A stretch of DNA of 64,000 nt from Candidatus Woykebacteria bacterium RBG_13_40_15 (GTDB lineage: Bacteria > Patescibacteriota > Microgenomatia > Woykebacterales > RBG-16-39-9b). The notes under the pieces were generated by a model, which saw only the letters and a program-made list of their open reading frames with translations, was not told where the DNA came from and did no database searches. The stretch lies in the NCBI GenBank assembly GCA_001816655.1, contig MHCP01000030.1:5623-69622 (forward strand). Reading direction: 5' to 3'. Position numbers and translations under genes: made by a program. How positions within the stretch are numbered: position 1 is the stretch's first letter; each line of letters starts with the position of its first letter. Below are positions 57,837 through 64,000 of the stretch, one piece after another.

Positions 57837-59232
57837 TTACTTTTGAAACTTCAGATATTCTTTTTTCCAAGTCCTCTTTTTTGGTTGTTTCCACATTTAA
57901 CCTAACGAGTGGGTCGTTCAGTGATGGCCTAACATTAAAATGCCAGTCGGGAAATTCGACCGAAACTCCATCTAGAAAGTAAGCATTCGGCATATTTTTA
58001 TAGACTTCCTTAATTGATCCAATGGTTTTTTCCCGATCAGAAACCTCAAAATTTATTTCACCAGAAGGATAATATTCACCAATTTCGGATAAAAGAGCGG
58101 AGAGGGGCTTTTTTTCCTCTGTCATAATGTCCAGTATTGTTAGGAATGGGATCAAGTCATTTTCAGCATAATATGTATGCTTATAGTAATAGTGCCCACT
58201 GAGTTCACCTGCAAAAAACGCATCTACTTCACGGTTTTTTTGTTTTATAAAAGCATGCCCAGTTCTCTGCATAATCGCCCGACCGCCTAATTTCGTTACC
58301 CAATTCTTGACAGCCCAACTAGAAGGAGTATTGTAAACAACAGCGACCCCTGGGTTTCTTTTTAGGAAATATTTGGCAAAAAGAACGGTAATAAAGTCAC
58401 CCGGTACAAGATCCCCTTTCTCATCAATAAACATTATCCTATCCCCATCTCCGTCCCACATTACTCCAAGATCAGCTTTTTCTTTTAGAACCGCTTCTCG
58501 TGCCTCCTCTCGGTTTTCTGGAATCAATGGATTTGGGTCATGAGCTGGGAAGTCTCCATTCGGTTCAAAATTGAGTTTAATAACATCACTATTCAGCCTC
58601 GGAAGTATTTTTTCCAGCGGCTTAAACATCGGACCACTACTTGAATCAAGAACCAGTTTAAATTTTGCTATTTTTGCAGGGTTTATAAATCTACATACGC
58701 TTTCTACATAATCATCCACAATATCTACTTTCTTAATTGATCCTTTTGGCCCAACGCTGGTAAAATTGCCTGCCAGGGCTATATTGCGCAGTTCTTCTAT
58801 TCCTGACCCCGACCCAATAATATCAGCATCCTTGCGAACCATCTTAAAACCATTGATTTCTCTTGGGGTGTGGGACGCCGTAATATTAACAGCAGCGTCA
58901 TAATCGTATCTTCCTGAGGCAAAATAAACCATACTAGTAGTCGTAATTCCTAAATCAAAGACATCTACACCAGCATCGCCAAGGCCTTCCGTAAATTTTT
59001 CGAAAAATTTATTTGCTGAAAGACGAGTATCGCGACCAACTAGTACTTTTTTAGGTTTGAGGTATTCTGCAAAAGCTCGAGCAATTATGTAAACCTGCTC
59101 GGTGTCTATTGGGGCTAGAATTGTTTCTGGTTTTCCGACTATTCCAAAATAAATACTACGTTTATCAACTAACCATGGCACAATTCCTCTTATATCGCAG
59201 TCACGAAAAAGTCTTGGGTTTATTATCGACAT
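57814..59232 (-). CDS. phosphoglucomutase/phosphomannomutase (alpha-D-phosphohexomutase family)
   Basis: The active-site region is TASHTPREINGFKM. The metal-binding loop is DGDGDR, and GGELSGHYYY is also present. Confidence 0.85.
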   Translation of the reverse strand: MSIINPRLFRDCDIRGIVPWLVDKRSIYFGIVGKPETILAPIDTEQVYIIARAFAEYLKPKKVLVGRDTRLSANKFFEKFTEGLGDAGVDVFDLGITTTSMVYFASGRYDYDAAVNITASHTPREINGFKMVRKDADIIGSGSGIEELRNIALAGNFTSVGPKGSIKKVDIVDDYVESVCRFINPAKIAKFKLVLDSSSGPMFKPLEKILPRLNSDVIKLNFEPNGDFPAHDPNPLIPENREEAREAVLKEKADLGVMWDGDGDRIMFIDEKGDLVPGDFITVLFAKYFLKRNPGVAVVYNTPSSWAVKNWVTKLGGRAIMQRTGHAFIKQKNREVDAFFAGELSGHYYYKHTYYAENDLIPFLTILDIMTEEKKPLSALLSEIGEYYPSGEINFEVSDREKTIGSIKEVYKNMPNAYFLDGVSVEFPDWHFNVRPSLNDPLVRLNVETTKKEDLEKRISEVSKVIGGKLVP

Positions 59233-59308
59233 TTAACCTCTTGAAACTTAGATTATCGAGCTAGAAAGCAAGATCTATTATAACCAAGAATGAATAGCGG
59301 GGGCAAGT

Positions 59309-59845
59309 TTAAGCGTTTATTTCTGCTGGCTTAATTTTTTTAACAACCCTTAAAGCCAATTCATAGCCCCCAAAGAAAACGCCTGTGTAAAATAAATCGC
59401 CGAGAAGTGTGTTTCGGAAAAATGGAATGGCTAAAGTATAGCAAGTGGTCAATCCCACAAGGTTTTTTGGATACCAAGCAAACCAAACTGCAAAATTAGT
59501 TACAAGAAAAAACAAAAGAGATGAACCAATTGCGGCGAAAATAACATTTGTCGGCGACTTCCTTTTCGAAAGACCTAAACCAATTAAACCGGTCAACACA
59601 AAAGAGCCGTAAACTGAAAACATTACGATAGGGGAGTAAAAACCAATGAATAGATCACTCACCAACATTGCGACAATTGGCACCAAAAGGGCATATTTAC
59701 GGTTTAAATAAACGCCTCCAAATAGAGCCATAGCAGCGATTGGGGTGAAGTTTGGCACATGTGGTATCAAACGTAATGATACCGCAATGAAAATTATCAA
59801 TAATGGATTGACCAATCTTTCGGCACACTTCTTCAAAATTTCCAT
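59309..59845 (-). CDS. small polytopic membrane protein, possible ECF-type transporter substrate-capture (S) component
   Basis: The product is 178 aa with about 6 TM helices. It lies immediately downstream of a DUF4430-like gene and a cobalamin-riboswitch-like leader. The assignment rests on context only. Confidence 0.4.
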   Translation of the reverse strand: MEILKKCAERLVNPLLIIFIAVSLRLIPHVPNFTPIAAMALFGGVYLNRKYALLVPIVAMLVSDLFIGFYSPIVMFSVYGSFVLTGLIGLGLSKRKSPTNVIFAAIGSSLLFFLVTNFAVWFAWYPKNLVGLTTCYTLAIPFFRNTLLGDLFYTGVFFGGYELALRVVKKIKPAEINA

Positions 59846-59874
59846 ACCATATTAATAGATAGTAATATAGTGGC

Positions 59875-60321
59875 CTAAAACTTACTAAGACGCCACTCTA
59901 TTTTATCCCCGTCGCGAACTACATAAGAACCTGCACCCACTTGAGAAGATTTCCCATTAATGATCAATTCCCAATATTCGTTTTTGGAAGAGTCCGCTTT
60001 CTCGCCGTTTATAGCGGTTACAAAAGCATCTTTGCCTTCTCCGGTTTTCTCGACAGTTGCGACGCTAGAAGTCAGATCCAAAGCTGTCTTGTCTTCTTCG
60101 ATTTCTACATCTTTAGCTGTTTGACTGCTTAAAATTTTCTGATCTACAGCAGAATTGATTATTATACTTACTTTTATTTTATTTATCTCTTCTGCTTGAT
60201 TATTTGTTGCGGAGGCAACTTCACCACTACGCCGTACATTAACAATAGCCGAATAGGCACCAATTACTGTAAAGGCTATTAAAACTACCGCTATTAACTT
60301 ATTATTTTGATTATTTCTCAT
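59875..60321 (-). CDS. membrane-anchored DUF4430-like protein (transcobalamin beta-domain-like, putative B12-binding)
   Basis: The C-terminus YWELIINGKSSQVGAGSYVVRDGDKIEWRLSKF resembles the DUF4430 signature. The start was moved to the internal Met, MRNNQNN, because the annotated N-terminus overlaps a terminator hairpin. Confidence 0.5.
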   Translation of the reverse strand: MRNNQNNKLIAVVLIAFTVIGAYSAIVNVRRSGEVASATNNQAEEINKIKVSIIINSAVDQKILSSQTAKDVEIEEDKTALDLTSSVATVEKTGEGKDAFVTAINGEKADSSKNEYWELIINGKSSQVGAGSYVVRDGDKIEWRLSKF

Positions 60322-60333
60322 AAATATGGCCAC

Positions 60334-60565
60334 AAAAAACCAGCCTCGCAAAATTAGCTGGTTGCACATTCACCTCCTTTGCGCGAAGTGTCCGCCAGCT
60401 GGCGGATCAAAGGCGGGGTTCTGGGTTTTACCACGATTAAACATTGAACTTGTTCGATGTTTAACGCCTACAAAAAGCAGGCATTTTATCGGGGTTACAG
60501 TAGCGGCACTCCCCTGGAATCTCACCAGGCTTCACCCGTTTTCCTCTGAATTAAATTTTTAATGT
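60334..60565 (-). ncRNA. putative cobalamin (B12) riboswitch with terminator-type expression platform
   Basis: The minus-strand RNA reads GGAAAACGGGUGAAGCCUGGUGAGAUUCCAGGGGAGUGCCGCUACUGUAACCCCGAUAAAAUGCCUGC. Conserved blocks like GGUGAnAUUCC and GCCGCUACUGUAAC are present. It ends in the hairpin CCAGCUAAUUUUGCGAGGCUGG followed by UUUUUUGU, just upstream of the downstream start codon. Confidence 0.55.
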
Positions 60566-60695
60566 GAAACTACTTTACAAAAAATTATCTCTAGCTGTCA
60601 ATCTAGCATTCGCTATTCCCGCAAGAATAGAATCGCTCGTAGCTTATGCCTTTTCACTTCGTTTAAAGCCAGCTACTCCGCGTCCTTATCTTGCG

Positions 60696-63176
60696 CTAAC
60701 ATTCACTGTTACCGCAAGAATAGCACTTTTTGCAGCCTTCTTCGTAGACAAAAGCGGCTACACCGCATTTTGGACAAATATCACGTCGAGTTTCTATTTT
60801 TAGTGATTTTGTAGATACAGCCGGCTGTACCACCATCGGTTCTTTTATCTCCACCGGTTTTTCTTCTTTCTCAGTTTCAATCTTGCCGTTACCATTTCCA
60901 TTTTCTCCAGTCTCAAGTATTGGTCTCAGACCTTGTTCCGACAGATACTCTGACAAAACTTTAGAAACAGCATCTGCCAGGGAGTAAACTCGATCCATAC
61001 CAAAACCTCGCTGGCTTGAACCACCGATACCTGTTAATTGGTTTACTATCTGCCGAGCAACTTCTTTAGGAGAGTAGCCAGACGGTATACGAAGAGCCAG
61101 AGAAACTAATCTTCCAATGGCTTCGGCATCGGCAGCGATATCACTTCCGGCCTTACCGACAGTTATAAAAACTTCAAAAGGATTGCCCTCGCTATCAGCA
61201 TTAATTGTCACAAAAGCGTGCCCCACCGGAGTAGCAATTCGGCGGGTAATTCCTTGCAAATAATCTGGGCGCTTTCTTAAGTGTACGGGATAATTGATAT
61301 TTGGAGTTGAAACTTTGGTTGGTTGTTTCTGTTCTACTTCTTTTGTCTTCTTTTCGCTCTCAGCATGGGAAAGCACACCTTCTCTACTACCGTCACGCAT
61401 ATAAGTAATTCCCTTACAGCCAAGTTCGTAGGCTAAATTGTAAAGTTTTTTAACATCTTCAACACTATGGGTATTTGGGGCATTAACGGTTTTAGATATC
61501 GAAGCGTCTGTATATTCTTGAATTGCCGCTTGCATTTTAACATGTTCCTCTGGGGTAAGTTCGTTTGCTGAAACAAAATAATCTGGGTGAGACTCTCCTG
61601 GGTGTTCTTCCTGCCATTTTTTATAAAGTGGGTGGTAAATTATATGTTCGCCGATCCTATCACGCCGAATCATGGTAAAGTCAAAAACAGGCTCTATGCC
61701 GCTTGAAACATCGCTAAACAAACTGGTACTCCCCGTTGGGGCTTGGGTCAACAAAACTGAGTTACGGATACCGTTTTTTACAATTTTACTCCTTATACTT
61801 TCTGGCAATTTTTTTATGAAGGGACGCTGAAGGTATTTCTCTTTGTCAAATTTTTGAAAAATCCCCTTCTCGATAGCTAAATCTGCACTTGCATCGTAGA
61901 CCGCATCTCTAATTATCTTGTATATTTTATGTACAACCGATATGCTCTCATCACTACCGTATCGCAACCCCATCAAAATCAGAGCATCGCCCAAGCCTAA
62001 GGTTCCCAAACCAATTCGACGTGTATCAAGCTGAGTTTCTTCATTTTCTTTGTAGTAGTACCCAGTGGCATCAATCACATTGTCCATAAAGCGGACAGCT
62101 TTACGAACAGTGTCCTCCAGAAACTCATAATCCATCTTTCCATCTTTGACAAACTTAGTTAAATTTATGGATCCTAAATTGCAAACAGCCCAGGGACCTA
62201 GCGGCTGTTCACCACAAGGATTGGTGCAAATAAGTTTTTCAAAATACCCGGTATTGCTTTGCTTATTCGCCCTCTCCATAAAATAAATACCCGGTTCAGC
62301 CGATTCCCAAGCAGCTTGGCAAATCTTGTCCCAAATTTCTCTCGCCCTAACAGTTTTGTAGACTTTGACATTTTTACCAAGAGCAATCCAGTTTTCTAAG
62401 TTGCCGTCCCAAATCTTGTCGTAATCTGGCTCATCAATATCCGGAAAAACCAAATCCCAGTTTTTATCTTCTTTCACAGCTTCCATAAACTTGTCAGAGA
62501 TACAAATTGAAAGATTAGCTCCATTTATCCTCGTCAAATCCTTCTTTACCTCTATAAATTCAACCACATCCGGATGCCAGTCATTTAACATCAGCATCAA
62601 AGCTCCCCGCCGAGTCCCCCCTTGTTGAATAACATCATGGGTAGCTGTCGAATAGAGGGCGGCCCAGTTTACCGGCCCAGAGCTAGTACCATTTACTTTC
62701 TTTACCCTAGCACCACGGGGGCGAAGAGAAGAAATGTTAACACCCGCTCCGCCTGAACGGCTAAAAATATCAACCATCACTTTTAAGTTATCGAGTATGC
62801 CATCTCGCGAATCGTGGGGAGAGGGAATCACGAAACAATTGTAAAAAGTTACCTCATAAGGTGTTCCTGCTCCTGAAAGGATCCTTCCACCGGCTACAAA
62901 TTTGAAATCTTTCAGAATATCATAGAATTTAACTGTAAACTCTTTTCTCTTTTTCTTTGTTTTTTCGACTTGAGCAATTCCAGCTGCTACACGTCTCCAC
63001 ATCTGCTCGGGATATTTTTCGGTTGGATTTCCACTCTCATCTTTAAGGGAATAGCGATCCATAAAAACTTTTTCCCTCATACCGTCTAGAGTGGTTTGGG
63101 ATGGATCAATAATTAAAGCCTCAAGCTCATTTTGTAACTTTTGACTAAATTTTCCGCGGCTAATTTTTGCCCTCAT
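60696..63176 (-). CDS. nrdJ: adenosylcobalamin-dependent (class II) ribonucleotide reductase
   Basis: The 826-aa product has the active-site region CTNPCGEQPLGPWAVCNLGSINL and the C-terminal Cys-rich tail CPKCGVAAFVYEEGCKKCYSCGNSEC. Confidence 0.95.
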   Translation of the reverse strand: MRAKISRGKFSQKLQNELEALIIDPSQTTLDGMREKVFMDRYSLKDESGNPTEKYPEQMWRRVAAGIAQVEKTKKKRKEFTVKFYDILKDFKFVAGGRILSGAGTPYEVTFYNCFVIPSPHDSRDGILDNLKVMVDIFSRSGGAGVNISSLRPRGARVKKVNGTSSGPVNWAALYSTATHDVIQQGGTRRGALMLMLNDWHPDVVEFIEVKKDLTRINGANLSICISDKFMEAVKEDKNWDLVFPDIDEPDYDKIWDGNLENWIALGKNVKVYKTVRAREIWDKICQAAWESAEPGIYFMERANKQSNTGYFEKLICTNPCGEQPLGPWAVCNLGSINLTKFVKDGKMDYEFLEDTVRKAVRFMDNVIDATGYYYKENEETQLDTRRIGLGTLGLGDALILMGLRYGSDESISVVHKIYKIIRDAVYDASADLAIEKGIFQKFDKEKYLQRPFIKKLPESIRSKIVKNGIRNSVLLTQAPTGSTSLFSDVSSGIEPVFDFTMIRRDRIGEHIIYHPLYKKWQEEHPGESHPDYFVSANELTPEEHVKMQAAIQEYTDASISKTVNAPNTHSVEDVKKLYNLAYELGCKGITYMRDGSREGVLSHAESEKKTKEVEQKQPTKVSTPNINYPVHLRKRPDYLQGITRRIATPVGHAFVTINADSEGNPFEVFITVGKAGSDIAADAEAIGRLVSLALRIPSGYSPKEVARQIVNQLTGIGGSSQRGFGMDRVYSLADAVSKVLSEYLSEQGLRPILETGENGNGNGKIETEKEEKPVEIKEPMVVQPAVSTKSLKIETRRDICPKCGVAAFVYEEGCKKCYSCGNSEC

Positions 63177-63185
63177 ACAATCTTT

Positions 63186-63674
63186 CTAAGCCGATCTAAT
63201 TGGTTTATCTGAATTTAGCAAGTTGTGAACTTCTTTTTCAAAAGATTCTAGATCCTCAAATTGGCGATAAACCGAAGCAAATCTGATATAAGCTACCTTG
63301 TCTAGAACACGCAACCGTCTCATGACCATCTCTCCAATCACGCGGCTGGAAATTTCTGTGGTCTCTCGTTTTCTGAGATCTTGTTCAATTTCGCTAACTG
63401 TTTCTTCAATTGTTTCCATAGAGATAGGCCTTTTCTCACAAGCTTTTTTTAGACCCATTAGAAGTTTATCGCGATTAAATTGTTCTCTCCGACCATCTTT
63501 TTTTATGACAGCCAAATCAACCGTATCTACTCTCTCATATGTGGTGAAACGCTTATTACATTTCAAGCATTCCCGCCGTCTCCTGACTGAAGAAAGATCC
63601 TCGGAATCCCTTGAATCCAAAACCTGATTCTCGTTATGGGCACAATAAGGACACTTCATAGCTTTAACCTTCAA
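63186..63674 (-). CDS. nrdR: transcriptional repressor NrdR
   Basis: The zinc ribbon MKCPYCAHNENQVLDSRDSEDLSSVRRRRECLKCNKRFTTYE precedes an ATP-cone. Confidence 0.9.
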   Translation of the reverse strand: MKVKAMKCPYCAHNENQVLDSRDSEDLSSVRRRRECLKCNKRFTTYERVDTVDLAVIKKDGRREQFNRDKLLMGLKKACEKRPISMETIEETVSEIEQDLRKRETTEISSRVIGEMVMRRLRVLDKVAYIRFASVYRQFEDLESFEKEVHNLLNSDKPIRSA

Positions 63675-63754
63675 AAAAATTAGACTCTGTCCTAGAAATT
63701 CACCCGCTTCGCATCAAAAAAGAGGCCAAAACAAAGTTTACTGAAAGCTCGCCA

Positions 63755-63817
63755 AGCACAATATGTTGAGTCTATAAATAACTGTAACACCAAGATCTTG
63801 AGATTGTCAAGATAGTT
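63755..63817 (-). promoter_or_regulatory. candidate NrdR-box-like palindromes upstream of nrdR-nrdJ
   Basis: The imperfect palindromes cacaatatgttgag (about 63760) and caagatcttgag (about 63802) lie in the 5' region of the operon. This call is speculative. Confidence 0.25.
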
Positions 63818-63887
63818 TGAGACCCTTTGTAGCAGAAGTTAACCTTAGGTTATAGTAACTAACAAAAAACCTCTTATACTGCTTGCT

Positions 63888-64000
<113 letters not shown>

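Noticed and set aside
60326-60803. Two plus-strand ORFs (78 and 79 aa) in the nrdJ-DUF4430 intergenic region
   Set aside because: The region is better explained as a minus-strand cobalamin-riboswitch-like leader with a terminator hairpin and the nrdJ 3' end. The ORFs have no support.

Overview
This window is an AT-rich genome segment, and its gene content suggests a small-genome Patescibacteria/CPR-like bacterium (inference). Supporting genes are a class I lysyl-tRNA synthetase, a short TsaB, a class II B12-dependent ribonucleotide reductase with NrdR, a four-helix-bundle protein, a lamin-tail-domain surface protein, and many cell-envelope and glycan genes. The core genes recognised are secA, glmS, serS, lysK, prfB, greA, ftsE/ftsX with an M23 EnvC-like peptidase, uppS, uppP, tsaE, tsaB, a polyprenyl synthase, an archaeal-type pyrH, nrdJ-nrdR, a partial trxB, and a tRNA-Glu. 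Three accessory regions are the most notable. The first is at 22.5-29.2 kb, where four gene modules lie immediately downstream of secA, separated by five imperfect repeats. Three of these repeats are in-frame, coding-like copies of the secA 3' end. The modules are an arsR, thioredoxin-like and ArsP-like permease operon, a ribbon-helix-helix/PIN toxin-antitoxin pair, a NYN nuclease-fold protein, and a 951-aa protein with a DHH phosphoesterase core between two copies of an unknown domain. This pattern points to serial site-specific integration at the secA 3' end. No integrase is visible in the window. The second is a clear heliorhodopsin gene at 51539..52306 with the Schiff-base lysine and counterion glutamate. 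It is followed by an ANT(2'')-family nucleotidyltransferase-domain protein and a JAB/RadC-like protein, and it sits next to a tRNA-Glu that carries a degenerate 3'-end duplicate. The third is a set of GC-rich, probably horizontally acquired blocks at 38.6-41.5 kb, 48.6-49.4 kb and 30.5-31.0 kb. The 38.6-41.5 kb block includes a pyruvoyl-dependent arginine decarboxylase. Other items worth noting are listed here. A 1017-aa secreted protein fuses a PGRP-type amidase, an S8 protease and a seven-repeat C-terminal domain. A Lon-like AAA+ ATPase lacks its protease domain. A putative cobalamin riboswitch with a terminator precedes DUF4430/ECF-S-like genes downstream of nrdJ. One protein fuses a kinase-like domain to a methyltransferase domain. 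Two tandem membrane-anchored sulfatase-like paralogs sit in a glycan locus. One protein carries two HD domains in tandem. No CRISPR array and no transposase were recognised.
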